DNA of 64,000 bases from an uncultured Planctomycetaceae bacterium (GTDB taxonomy: Bacteria; Planctomycetota; Planctomycetia; Isosphaerales; Isosphaeraceae): NCBI GenBank assembly GCA_963833985.1, contig CAWIAD010000001.1, positions 3,360,001-3,424,000 of the forward strand, read 5' to 3'. The position numbers and the translations under genes were made by a program. Shown piece after piece: positions 43,629 to 53,836 of this stretch (position 1 is its first letter; every line of letters starts with the position of its first letter). The notes under the pieces were generated by a model, which saw only the letters and a program-made list of their open reading frames with translations, did not search any database and was not told where the DNA came from.

Positions 43629-44161
43629 TGCTGCTTCATCGCGCCACTCGCCTTGCGGGCCGGCGGAGGGTTGGGGTTAAAGCGAGGATCGAGCTCGTTG
43701 TAGGCCGCTTCCGGCAGGCGCGTCCAATATTGGTTCTTTCCTAAGAGTGAAATGCCGAGATAGCCCCGCACGACGAGCGTTTGGCCATCCGGGGTCAAAG
43801 TCATCATGGCGCTGTAGATGTCGCCGTGACGCGGATCGAGGATGGTGCCGTCGGTATATTCGACGCCGTTTCGTTTCATGCCGCGGATGATATCCAGTCC
43901 GAGCCAGGGCCTGCCGCGGCGGTCGTCCTTGCACAGGTCGCAAACGACATTCGGATTGTCGCCAGGCTTCATGAACATCCGCACGATGGCGCCTTCATAA
44001 AGGCCGCCGTGGTCGCGAATGAGAAACCACGCGTTCGGCTGATGGGTGTCCTCATCGAGGGACTGCCATAGCCCAGCCGCGCTTGGCTCGGCGCCAAGCG
44101 TTTGACCGGCGCCGACGAGCAATAGCAGCACCGCCACAACCGTCAGGTGTCTCACTCGCAT
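43625..44161 (-). CDS. DUF2147 family exported protein
   Basis: Signal peptide, G.W, LGLDII.GMK, GTILDP..G.IY, LVVRGYLGISLLGKNQYWTR. Confidence 0.85.
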   Translation of the reverse strand: MRVRHLTVVAVLLLLVGAGQTLGAEPSAAGLWQSLDEDTHQPNAWFLIRDHGGLYEGAIVRMFMKPGDNPNVVCDLCKDDRRGRPWLGLDIIRGMKRNGVEYTDGTILDPRHGDIYSAMMTLTPDGQTLVVRGYLGISLLGKNQYWTRLPEAAYNELDPRFNPNPPPARKASGAMKQH

Positions 44162-44467
44162 CTTGCCTCTCCTAAGCTAGTTTGCCCGCGCTTTGGCCCG
44201 GCCGCTCGATCCGGTGGTGAAGTTATTCAATAAGCACCCAATCCGGCAAGCGGGGTCCGAACGATTGATGGAACCTAAGCGGCGCCAATATCGCCCGAAA
44301 ATGGTGGCCGGAGCATGAAAGGCAAGATATGACACGGCGCACAGGCTGGGCCCGCCGCCGCCGCACTTGTCGCATCGGCTCGATTTGTCCGCTCTTCGAG
44401 CGGCATCGCGGCGATCTTCGTCACCATGACGGCGCCGAGACAGGGGCTGAGAGGGAGAGAAACGCCT

Positions 44468-45399
44468 ATGGCGAACAAGATCATCATCAGCTGCGCGATC
44501 ACCGGGTCGATCCACACGCCGACCATGTCGGATGCGCTGCCGATCACGCCCGATCAGATCGCGACGCAGGCGATCGATGCCGCCGAGGCGGGAGCCGCCA
44601 TCCTGCACCTGCACGCGCGCGACCCGAAGGACGGCCGGCCGACGCCGGATCCCGAACGTATTCATGCAGTTCCTGCCGCGCATCAAGCAGGCGACCGACG
44701 CGGTCGTCAACATCACCACCGGCGGCGCGGTGACCATGACGGTGGAGCAGCGCATCTGGCGGCGCCGCTGCTGTCGCCGGAAATGTGCTCGCTCAACATG
44801 GGATCGATGAACTTCGCGCTCTATCCGATGGCGCGCCGATTCAAGGACTGGAAGTACGACTGGGAGGAGAGCTATCTCACCAACTCCGACGACTTACATC
44901 TTCCCGCAATACGTTTCGCGACATCGAGAAGATCCTCCAAGCTTCTCGGCGAGGGACACGGCGTCAAATTCGAGCACGAATGCTACGATATCGGCCATCT
45001 CTACAACCTCGCCCATTTCATCGATCGCGGCATGTTCAAGCCGCCGGTTTTCGTGCAGCTCATCTTCGGCATTCTCGGCGGCATCGGCGCCGATCTCGAC
45101 AACCTGCTGTTCATGAAGCGCACGGCCGATCGGCTGTTCGGCGATGAATATTACTGGTCGGTTCTCGCCGGCGGACGGCACCAGATGAACTTCGGCACCA
45201 ACGCCGCCATGATGGGCGGCAACGTTCGCGTCGGGCTTGAGGATTCGCTCTATATCGGCCGGGCAAGCTGGCCAAGAGCAATGCCGAGCAGGTGGCGAAG
45301 ATCCGCCGGATCGTCGAGGAGCTCGGTTTCGAGATTGCGACGCCGGCCGAGGCGCGCGAAACGCTCGGCCTCAAGGGCGCCGACCGCGTGAAGTTCTAA
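44468..45399 (+). CDS. Beta-keto acid cleavage enzyme (Kce/DUF849), several frameshifts
   Basis: IISCAITGSIHTPTMS, ILHLHARDP, SLNMGSMNF, ECYDIGH, NVRVGLEDSLY. Confidence 0.9.
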
Positions 45400-45459
45400 G
45401 GAGCGGGTGCCCCGGCCTTGACCGCGATAGCTGCCCGAAGCTAAATCGCGGCCTTCAAT

Positions 45460-45534
45460 GGGCGGTTAGCTCAGCGGGAGAGCACTTCCTTGACATGGAA
45501 GGGGTCAGAGGTTCGATCCCTCTACCGCCCACCA
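45460..45534 (+). tRNA. tRNA-Val(GAC)
   Basis: GGGCGGT/ACCGCCC acceptor stem, cttcc-ttGACat-ggaag anticodon arm, GGTTCGATCC, 3' ACCA. Confidence 0.97.
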
Positions 45535-45670
45535 TCGCTGGTTCGCAGGACGAGAATGCCGGCGCACCCGGGGCCATGGCAGGCTAAAGAGCGATTGATC
45601 TAGATTGAATTGATTTCGCCGCAAGCAGCGGCCGGCAGGTCATCGTTCGCCACCAGCCGCAACCCGCTCG

Positions 45671-46084
45671 TCACATCCCTTCAGCCTTCTTGCGCTTGTT
45701 GCACGCGCTCCAATATTGCGGCCACTTCTGTCCGGGAGGAATCTTGCCGGCCGCCTTTTCGGCCTTCCACTCGGCGCCACAAGCGCGCTCACGAGCGTAC
45801 ATGGCCGCCCGTCCGCCGGACGGTTTGCAGCGGGTTGGTTGGTGGCGGCTGGCGGGGCCGCCGGTGGCGGGGCTGGCGGCGGGGTTTCAGCGGCAGGGGC
45901 GCCCTCGCGACATGCACTGCTTGCTGAAGTCGCGATACTTCATCCCGCTGGTCTGATTGTTCGCTTTCATGTCCTGCCATTGGGCGGCGCATTCCTTCAT
46001 GGTCTTGGCCTGCGCTGGAATGGAAACGGCGGCGGCGAACGCAGCAATAAATAGCCCCGACGCGATCAACAGATGGGTTTTCAT
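45671..46084 (-). CDS. Small secreted Cys-containing protein with a Pro-rich linker (frameshifted)
   Basis: Signal peptide, MKECAAQWQDMK...FSKQC, and a C-terminal repeat RACGAEWKAEK..WPQYWSACNKR in another frame. Confidence 0.6.
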
Positions 46085-46144
46085 GGCGGCAATGCTCCTA
46101 TTAAGAGATGAGGCGCACGGTTCGGCGCCTTTCAATGACGGCGC

Positions 46145-46384
46145 TCACGTACCGGTGGCGTCGGTTACGCACTTCTTGGTGAAGCTTGTCTTCGCGGCGC
46201 CAGCGAGCTTCTTGTCCGCGGCTTGGGTCTCGCAGGCCGCTTGCGCGTCCTTGGTGCATTTCGTCATGAAGCTTGTCTTCGCCGCGCCGGCGAGTTTCTT
46301 GGCGGCGGCTTGATCCGCGCAGGAATCCGCCATCGCCGCGGTGGTCAGGCAAAACGACGCGAGAATAATTGCAATCGTCTTCAT
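46145..46384 (-). CDS. Small secreted protein with two PsiF-like repeats
   Basis: Signal peptide, then C..QAA.KKLAGAAKTSF..KC twice. Confidence 0.75.
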   Translation of the reverse strand: MKTIAIILASFCLTTAAMADSCADQAAAKKLAGAAKTSFMTKCTKDAQAACETQAADKKLAGAAKTSFTKKCVTDATGT

Positions 46385-46439
46385 TATTTCCTCCCGCCTG
46401 GGTTATCGATATCAGCAAAATCGGGCGCGGCGCGTGATC

Positions 46440-46805
46440 TCAGGTCGGCTTGATCGTTCCGTTCGGCGACGCCTTGTCGACGATGTCCGGCAGGTACTGC
46501 GCCATGGTCTTGAGCGTTTCGTCGACCGGCAGGCCGAGCTTGCGCGCGAAATCCTGCACCTGGGAATTGCCGATGATCGCCTTCAACTGCTCCGCGGTGA
46601 TCGGCTGGTTGGCCCCGGGGCCGAGCCAGGACTGCACTTGGGCACCGAGACCGCCTTTTTCCAGCGCCGCAACGAGCCCGTTGAGATCGCGATACTGGGT
46701 TTGCGCCAGCACATTGTTGATCATCGTCGACAGGCCGCCCGATTCGGCTTGCCCCAGAAGGCTCTTGAGCATGTCGCCTAGTCCCAAACTATCCAACAAG
46801 CCCAT
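46440..46805 (-). CDS. YidB/DUF937 family protein
   Basis: GLGAQVQSWLGPGANQPIT, LPDIVDKASPNG. Confidence 0.85.
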   Translation of the reverse strand: MGLLDSLGLGDMLKSLLGQAESGGLSTMINNVLAQTQYRDLNGLVAALEKGGLGAQVQSWLGPGANQPITAEQLKAIIGNSQVQDFARKLGLPVDETLKTMAQYLPDIVDKASPNGTIKPT

Positions 46806-46958
46806 ATTCCGCTCTCCGTGGCCGCTATCACCGGCCGCCATATCACTGCGCAGAAACGACAAAGCTGCGCCGATGCCGTGTCAAAACCACGGGCGCACCT
46901 TAGTCGAAGCCTGTTCGTTGTACCAGAGGCCGACGCCCGGCTCCTGGCAATTTGTCCC

Positions 46959-47355
46959 TTATTTTCGCAGCAGCGAGTCGGGAACCTTGCCGCCGTTCTC
47001 GGCGAGCTTCTGCATGACTTGTTTGTGCAGCCAGATATTCATTGTCGCTGAATCGTTCTTGTCGCCGGTGAAGTGCAGTTCGTCGGCGAGCTCTTTGCGT
47101 GCCGTGAGGCTGGAGTTGAGGTTGAGAAGCTTCATCAGGTCGACGATCGATTTCTGCCAGTCGAGTTTTTCTTTATTGCTGGCCGCGAGTTTGGTGAGAA
47201 TGGCCTCGACATCGACGGTCGGCGCCGCGCCCGCTGCGGGCGGATGACGTGCCCGCTGGTGCCGCGCCCGGGGCGGCTGGTGCCGATGGCGTCCCGGCCG
47301 GGGCCGCGCTGGCGTGACCGAAGATTGACGATACGATTTTGCTAAGAATGCTCAT
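46959..47355 (-). CDS. DUF3597 family protein (frameshifted)
   Basis: MSILSKIVSSIFG, Ala/Pro linker, LDWQKSIVDLMKLLNLNSSL.ARKELA..L, MNIWLHKQVM, NGGKVP. Confidence 0.8.
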
Positions 47356-47405
47356 GATGCTTTTCTCCGTTATCCGTTATCAAATTCCGTCGTCAAAGAC
47401 GGCCT

Positions 47406-47518
47406 TTCAGCCCCCGACTTCCAGCCCCGGACTTCAGTCTCAGACTTGCAGCCCCAGACCTGGTTTTAGTGTCAGTGTTTTAGTTTCAGCGTTTTAGTGT
47501 CAGTTTTTTAGTGTCAGC
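47406..47518 (+). repeat. Two adjacent short tandem arrays with 13-14 bp units
   Basis: ttcagcccc(c/g)gac-like x4 (47406-47459), then gttttagtgtcag(t/c)-like x4 (47463-47518). Confidence 0.7.
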
Positions 47519-47581
47519 AATGTACGCGAATTGACCATAACGGTCCGATCCGACAATTCTTTGACATGCAAGAAGTTGCGG

Positions 47582-48124
47582 CTACGCCTCGTTCTTCGGT
47601 GTGATCAGGCCGAATGCGGCGATCGCCGCGAGCGCCAGTGAGATCAGCACATTGTAGCCGGCGAGCGAGAGGCCGAGAAGGCGCCAAGCCGCCTCGTCGC
47701 ACCGCACAACGCGGATCGACTGCAATTGATCCAGCAGCGGGCCTTTCGCGGTAAAATCGGAAATCGGGCCGGAACATTCGGTGGGGCCCGGCCACCAGCG
47801 CCATTCGACGCCGGCGTGATAGGCGCCAAGTGCGGCGCTGCCAAGCATCGCCACCATGATCGCAACGAAGCCGACGGTAAGCAGGGCGCGCGGCGCCCGT
47901 ACAATCGCGGCGATCACCATCAACAGCGAGAGCGGAATGACGATGTGGTAGGGCAGGCGCTCTTCGAGGCAGAGCGGGCAGGGCGCGAGCTTCAGGACAT
48001 ACTGGAAGTACCAGGCGCCAAGCAGCGTGGCGGCGCTGAGGACAAAGATCGCCAGCGCCGTCGCCGCAGCCGGCTCGCGGCGAAGTTGTTCGCTCCAGTT
48101 CGCCTTCATCGCCACTACGGTCAT
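47582..48124 (-). CDS. dsbB: Disulfide bond formation protein DsbB family
   Basis: PCPLCLEER, YHAGVEWRWWPGPTEC, VVRCDEAAW..LGLSLAGYN. Confidence 0.85.
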   Translation of the reverse strand: MTVVAMKANWSEQLRREPAAATALAIFVLSAATLLGAWYFQYVLKLAPCPLCLEERLPYHIVIPLSLLMVIAAIVRAPRALLTVGFVAIMVAMLGSAALGAYHAGVEWRWWPGPTECSGPISDFTAKGPLLDQLQSIRVVRCDEAAWRLLGLSLAGYNVLISLALAAIAAFGLITPKNEA

Positions 48125-48288
48125 TGGGGCAACGCCAGTGGAGAAAAACGCCGCCGCGGCTGCGCGGTCGCCGCACTTTGCCGATCCGGGAGGCGGATGC
48201 AAGCCCGGAACGCCAGCTTGGCCGGCGTGACCACGATAATTTGATTTTCTTTTGCCGTCTCGCGATAGCCGGCGATATAGATACCGGG

Positions 48289-48450
48289 CTGGGCGTCATC
48301 CGGAAAAGTGGTAGCCGGCTTTCGAAAAGGATCATGTCCACTAGAGCATGATCCGGAAAAGTGGTAGCCGTTTTCCGAAAAGATCATGCTCCACTAGAGC
48401 ATGATCCGGAAAAGTGGTAGCCGGTTTTCCGAAAAGATCATGCTCCACTA
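48289..48450. repeat. Three tandem copies of a ~54-bp palindromic alphaproteobacterial repeat
   Basis: CTAGAGCATGATCCGGAAAAGTGGTAGCCGGTTTTCCGAAAAGATCATGCTCCA. The first copy is degenerate. Confidence 0.9.
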
Positions 48451-48498
48451 ATAACGACAGGGCGACAATTGCTCCTGGTTTTGCAATTGGCGCTCCAT

Positions 48499-48583
48499 GC
48501 CCGTGTGGCGGAACTGGTAGACGCGCACGACTCAAAATCGTGTTCCGCAAGGAGTGGGGGTTCGATTCCCTCCACGGGCACCA
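48499..48583 (+). tRNA. tRNA-Leu(CAA)
   Basis: GCCCGTG/CACGGGC acceptor stem, cacga-ctCAAaa-tcgtg anticodon arm, long variable arm, 3' ACCA. Confidence 0.97.
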
Positions 48584-48766
48584 CAGCCAAAATCGACTTC
48601 TGATTTTCGACAGGGTGCGGACAGGCCGAAGCTTGCCGCCATTAGCTCATGACCTGCCGCGGCCCCGATTGGACCGCAAAAAAATCGCCGACGCCATCGA
48701 CGTCGTGCGATTTCTTTTACTGCTGGCGCTGCGGACCGCCGCGACAGCATTGAAGGACGCGACGTC

Positions 48767-49483
48767 TCAGCTCAAAAACTCGACACGGCCGTTATCGAGA
48801 TCGTAGCGTGCCGCCAATACTTTGACTTTGTTCGCCTTGATCAAATGTGAAACGATCTCGCTCTTGGTGGCGACCTTTGCGGCAGTTCGCTTCGCGCTTT
48901 CGCGAACCGCGTTTTCGACAAAGTCACCGGGCTTGCCGAAAACGGCTTTGGCAGCCGGGACGATGGCATCGACCATGGGGCCGATGGAACCCGGAAACGT
49001 CGCGTGATTTTCGACGACCGCACAGGCCGCGGCGACCGCCCCGCACTTTTCATGACCCATGACAACAATCAGCGGGACGCCAAGATGCTCGACGCCGTAT
49101 TCGAGAGTTCCCATCGTCGCGGTATCGACCATGTTGCCCGCATTGCGAGCGACGAAGAGCTCGCCCAATCCCATTCCGCCGAACAGGAGCTCTGGGGGAA
49201 CGCGGCTGTCGGAGCACGTGACAATCGACGCCCAAGGCGCTTGCCCGTTGGCCACCTGGCCGCGCTGCTTGGATAGCTCCACCGCGCAGACCTGAGGGGC
49301 GGTCACGTATTTCTCGTTGCCGGCCTTTAATCGCTCTATCGCCTCGTCCGCCGTGACGCTTGTCGTGTTGCCTGCCGCCAAGGCCAAGCGGCTTCCGAGG
49401 AGGCTGCCGGCGGCAACGCCGGCCGCCGATAGTGCAAGAAACTTGCGGCGGTCGAGCGCCAGTCGGTCACATTGAATGCACAT
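48767..49483 (-). CDS. Beta-class carbonic anhydrase with Tat signal
   Basis: DRRKFL Tat motif, CSDSRV, RNAGN, GHEKCGAV. Confidence 0.93.
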   Translation of the reverse strand: MCIQCDRLALDRRKFLALSAAGVAAGSLLGSRLALAAGNTTSVTADEAIERLKAGNEKYVTAPQVCAVELSKQRGQVANGQAPWASIVTCSDSRVPPELLFGGMGLGELFVARNAGNMVDTATMGTLEYGVEHLGVPLIVVMGHEKCGAVAAACAVVENHATFPGSIGPMVDAIVPAAKAVFGKPGDFVENAVRESAKRTAAKVATKSEIVSHLIKANKVKVLAARYDLDNGRVEFLS

Positions 49484-49653
49484 GCTTAACCCTTTGTTTG
49501 GAAAGCCGCCACGAGCGTCCATCTGGCGTTCGTGTGTTTAGCGTTCTCGCTAAAGGAACGTCCAGTGATTCCGTGTCTACGCTTTCCGTATGGCACCAAG
49601 CTGACATTTCGCTCCCGCGCCGCTGACGCTGCCCGCCACAAATGCTCTTTGGC

Positions 49654-50671
49654 TCAAAGCGTGCGGGCGGCCTCGACCATGTTCTCCATCTTGGCGCGCA
49701 GCACCGGAATGTTGCGCGATGGATGGCGGCCAAAGCCGCACGACGGCGATACCCAAAGCCGCTCTTCGCCGACAACTCTCGCCCAATCGGCGATCCGCTC
49801 GCGGATCTTCTTGACCGGCTCGATCCAGTAGCTGCCTTCGTCGACGATGCCGGCCGCGAGCTGCATGTTTTTCGGCATTTTCTTAAACGAGTCGCGCTCG
49901 ATCCACTGGAAAAAGTATTTGACCTCGAATGCCGCGATATCGACGACGCCATCAAGGCGCTCCAAAATATCTACCCACGGTGCGCAATGCAGCGCATGCG
50001 AGATCGGCCGGCCGCGCAGATTGCCGTTGCAGAAGTGCAGCGATTTCTTGGCCTTGACGCCTTCAAAACAGGGCGCGATCAGATCGGCGGCCTGTTGCGC
50101 GGTCATCATTCCCATGTTGACTTCGGCGCCGAAAATCGGGGCGTCGAGTTGCACGTTCGGGCATCCCTCGTCGGCCATCGCCCGCAATTCGCGATTGACG
50201 ATTTCGGTGATCGCCGGCATTTGCGGCGTTACGGCGTCGAGCTGGTCGCGGCCGGCGACGACGACCTCGTAGGGCGCGACCACGGCGGCTTTGCGCACGC
50301 CGCCCGGCAGCTTCTTTTCACGGCGAAAGGCTTCCAGATAACCGAGACCGTGAGGCGCGCGTGATCTTGCCGACGACCTTGGCGTGGGTCATGTCGTCAT
50401 AGTCGAAAACGTCTTCGGCCTGCGGCTTGTCGACGTCCAGGCCGGTCAGGCATTTGTGCATGTGCAGGATAAAATTGTCGGTTTGATATTCGCCGCCGGT
50501 CCATTCGTCGAAACCAAGATCGCGCTGCTCCTGGATCGCTTTGGCTGCCGCGCGATTGAGGATCGCCTCGCTTTCCTGCGGCGAACATTCACCCGCGTGA
50601 TGGCGGGCCAGATCTTTTTCCATCTCGGGGTGAAGCCACCAGGATCCGACAACGGTAGTGCGAACGGCCAT
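49654..50671 (-). CDS. Single-domain cobalamin-independent methionine synthase II family (MetE-like) protein, frameshifted near 50330
   Basis: RTTVVGSW, EQRDLG, GEY, VQLDAP, LHFCNGN, VSPSCGF. Confidence 0.8.
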
Positions 50672-50822
50672 CTCAAGTCCTCCCTTTGCAGATTTTTGCG
50701 TGTTTTGAGAATTGCTATATTGCGGGCGTGTGTCCCCGGCCTTTTGCGGCCGGGGACGATTGCGGCGACCGATTTGCCAGGCGGCGGACGGGGCATAAAG
50801 CACCGTCGCACCACGAGGGCTG

Positions 50823-52028
50823 TTACGCCCAGCTGGTTTTCAGCTTGGCCGGCACGTAGTCGGAGTCGGGATAACCGACGCCGCCGACCGCGTGGAACCA
50901 ATCGCCCTGCCACTGGCCTGCGGTGTAGAGCCTGTTGAGCAATTGATTGCGCATATCGTATTCGCCGAGCAAGGTCTTGTAGGTATGGCTCTTGATGTGG
51001 GCGGCGATGGCCTCACGGTCCATCGAACCCGCGCCTTCGATCGCCTGCGTCAGCAGTTGGTTATTCGCGTAGTACAAAGGGCTGCCGTTGAAGTCGGCAT
51101 CGACGCCGGTGACTTCCTTGTGCAGCTTGTAGAAGGCGCGGGTGTCCGCGTTGTCCGGGACGCCGCCCCAGCCGAGAATGTTTTCCGCGGCGGCCCCGAA
51201 TTTTCCATGGTAGCCGGGGAAGGCGCAGCCGATGCCGTTGAAATATACCTTCACACTGAAGTCTTCGATCTTGGCCTGCTCGGTCAGGCCGAATGTATCC
51301 GGCGGATAGGACCAGGCGATAAAGGCATCGGGATTGGTCGATTTCGCTGCCTTGATGACCGGTGCATAGTCCTGCGTGCCCAGCGGATATGATTTGTTAT
51401 AGACGATTTCGAAGCCGGCCGCCGGGAACTGCGTCTTACTGATGTTGGAGATTTCGATACCATACTCGTCTGCCACATTGACCATGGCGACTTTGCTGCC
51501 GATCTGGCCGCTGGAACGGAATTTCTTGAGGATGCCAATCACGGTCGTGCTGTATTGGGTGAGCGTACCGTTGCCGAAAAAGAGCAGCGGATATTTTTTG
51601 ACCAGCTCCGGACCGAGTTCAGTGACGCAGGCGACCGGGATCTGCGGGTAGCCGAGCTTGGCGAATGTCGGCACCGCGGCGACGTTGAAGCCGGTGCCGT
51701 ACAGTCCCGCGATCCAGTCGACCTTGTCGATCGAAGCCAGGCGTTCGACGGCCTTGATGGACTCGGGAGGCTGCGTGCGGTCGTCGTATTCGACCAGCTC
51801 GACCTTGCGCTGCCCGTCTTTGAGTTTCAGGCCGCCATTCTGGTTGATTTGATGTGCCCACAGCCGCCACGGCGGGAAATGAGTGACCGCCGCGCCTGGC
51901 GCGAGCGGGCCGGTTTTGGGGCCGACCACTCCGACTTTGACGATTGTTTGATCCGCTCTCGCGGCACGAACGAATGGTGCAGCCAGCGCCGTGGCGCCAG
52001 CATATTTCAGCAAGTCGCGTCTGCGCAT
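50823..52028 (-). CDS. Branched-chain amino acid-type ABC substrate-binding protein, Tat-exported
   Basis: MRRRDLLK Tat motif, INQNGGL, ELVEYDDR, YPLGTQD, SYPPD. Confidence 0.88.
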   Translation of the reverse strand: MRRRDLLKYAGATALAAPFVRAARADQTIVKVGVVGPKTGPLAPGAAVTHFPPWRLWAHQINQNGGLKLKDGQRKVELVEYDDRTQPPESIKAVERLASIDKVDWIAGLYGTGFNVAAVPTFAKLGYPQIPVACVTELGPELVKKYPLLFFGNGTLTQYSTTVIGILKKFRSSGQIGSKVAMVNVADEYGIEISNISKTQFPAAGFEIVYNKSYPLGTQDYAPVIKAAKSTNPDAFIAWSYPPDTFGLTEQAKIEDFSVKVYFNGIGCAFPGYHGKFGAAAENILGWGGVPDNADTRAFYKLHKEVTGVDADFNGSPLYYANNQLLTQAIEGAGSMDREAIAAHIKSHTYKTLLGEYDMRNQLLNRLYTAGQWQGDWFHAVGGVGYPDSDYVPAKLKTSWA

Positions 52029-52430
52029 TTCAGGCCTCCCTAGAGGTTTTGGCTTGTCCGGGGATCGTTGCCCCGTCGTTTGTTGGTACACGGACGCGTG
52101 CCGCATGGCGGCTTTTGTGCAGTCAGGGTGTACATCGCGGCAAAATAACGTAAACCGGGATATGGCGCACGGACATTCGCGGCCGTGGGCAGCGACGGCC
52201 CGATGCGGTGAAAGAGGAACATGGGCGAATGCAGTGGGCGGCGCTATGCTAATAGTGCAACCGCCGAGGATGGCGGGGCCTCGCCTTCATATTGGGGTCA
52301 GACCCCTCCGGAATAATGAGCGGCGGCCATCGCCAAGCTGAAGCCAAACCGAAGCCAAACCGAAAAAGTTCGTTGCCGAGGTCCGCATTCCCATCTAGGA
52401 CCAGCCACGCAGGAAGCCAGAAAGCCAGAA

Positions 52431-52637
52431 ATGTCAAAACAAACGATGCGCGACGAGACCGAACGTCTTGTGAGAGAGGCGTTGGAGCGGAAAACCGTCA
52501 CCGTCAAGCAAGGCAAGACCCGCATCGAGGCCAAATGCGGGAAGTGCGGAGCGCCCAATCGCGTCTCGGCTGCTCCCGGCGAAGTCCGGGTGGCCTATAC
52601 GTGCAAGGAATGCGGCGACAAACAACGGACCTTATGA
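52431..52637 (+). CDS. Small zinc-ribbon protein
   Basis: CGKC...CKEC in 68 aa, with an ATG start. Confidence 0.6.
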   Translation: MSKQTMRDETERLVREALERKTVTVKQGKTRIEAKCGKCGAPNRVSAAPGEVRVAYTCKECGDKQRTL

Positions 52638-52731
52638 CGGCCGCCAGTCTCGCCACTGGTGCAACGCCATAACGGGCCGCCTTTCCTCGCCCCGGCCGGG
52701 GCGCGATCGTGATCAAACGGTTCACCGGGAA

Positions 52732-53825
52732 ATGAAATTTGCGCACTTTTCGCACGTCTGGGCCAAGCCCGGCATGACGCCGCATGAGCGCTACGAACAG
52801 CTCTGGCGCGAACTGCAATTGTGCGACGAAACCGGTTTCGATTACGCCTTCTGCGTCGAACATCATTTCCGTCCCGACGAAAGCTGGATGTCGTCGCCGA
52901 GCCTCTATGCGGTCGGCGCCGGCGCCCGCACCAAGCGGCTGCGCGTCGGGCCGATGGGATACATCGTGCCGCTCTATCATCCGCTCCGCCTTGCCGAGGA
53001 GATCGCGCATCGTCGATCAGATGCTCGGCGGCCGGATGGAACTTGGCCTCGTTCCCGGCATCAATCCGGATTATTTCCGGCCGTTCGGTCTCGATTACGG
53101 AGCCAGCGCAAGTCGCCGACGCTCGAATTCGTCGATTATCTGCGCGCGGCCTTCGGCGAGACCCAGCCGTTCTCGTTTCACGGCGAGGCATTCCACACCG
53201 ATAGTGCCGAGCTTGCGGTCAAGCCGGTGCAGCGCCCGCATCCGCCGTTATGGATGATGAGCCGCGATCCGCAGACGCTGGAATTCTGCGCCAGGGAAGC
53301 GATCAATCCCGGCTATTTCCTGGTCTATCCGCGCGCCGACGCGGCGCCGCGCTATCGCAAGTTTCTGGACGACTGCAAGCGCACCGGCCGGACGACGAAG
53401 CCGCACATCGCCTACAGCTCGGTCGTGCTATGTCGACGAGACCGACGAGAAGGCGCTCGATACCGCGCTGTTCCGGGCGAGCCGCGCCTATGAGGGCTTT
53501 CTGGCGCCGCCGAAGCCGGGCGAGACTTTCGAGGAGCGCGCCGCCGCCTTCGCCAAGATGTTCGTCGGCCGCGGCGAGCCGGGCGCCTCGGAGATCATGC
53601 ATGAACGTGTTCAACCCCGATTATCTGCTCAAGCACGAGCTCGTCTTCATCGGCTCGCCGGAAACGGTCGCGGCCAAAATCCGCGCCGCCGCCACGGCGG
53701 GCGTGTTCGACACGTTCATGGGCGAATTCAATTTCTCCGACCTGCCGGAGCCCGATCTGATGCGCTCGATCCGGCTGTTCGGCGAGAAGGTGATCCCGGC
53801 GTTGCGCGGCTACGAGCCGTTTTGA
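52732..53825 (+). CDS. LLM-class flavin-dependent oxidoreductase (several frameshifts)
   Basis: VEHHF, HPLRLAEEI, DQMLGGR.ELG, KPVQRPHPPLW, IGSPETV, SIRLFGEKVIP. Confidence 0.88.
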
Positions 53826-53836
53826 TTTTTGCGGGG

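Noticed and set aside
48289..48450. CRISPR array
   Set aside because: The ~54-bp palindromic units abut directly with no unique spacers.
45460..48583. Genomic island integrated at tRNA-Val or tRNA-Leu
   Set aside because: I saw no integrase and no duplicated tRNA 3' end, and the composition is unchanged.
50672..50822. SAM or cobalamin riboswitch upstream of the MetE-like gene
   Set aside because: I could not recognise the conserved riboswitch motifs in this short spacer.
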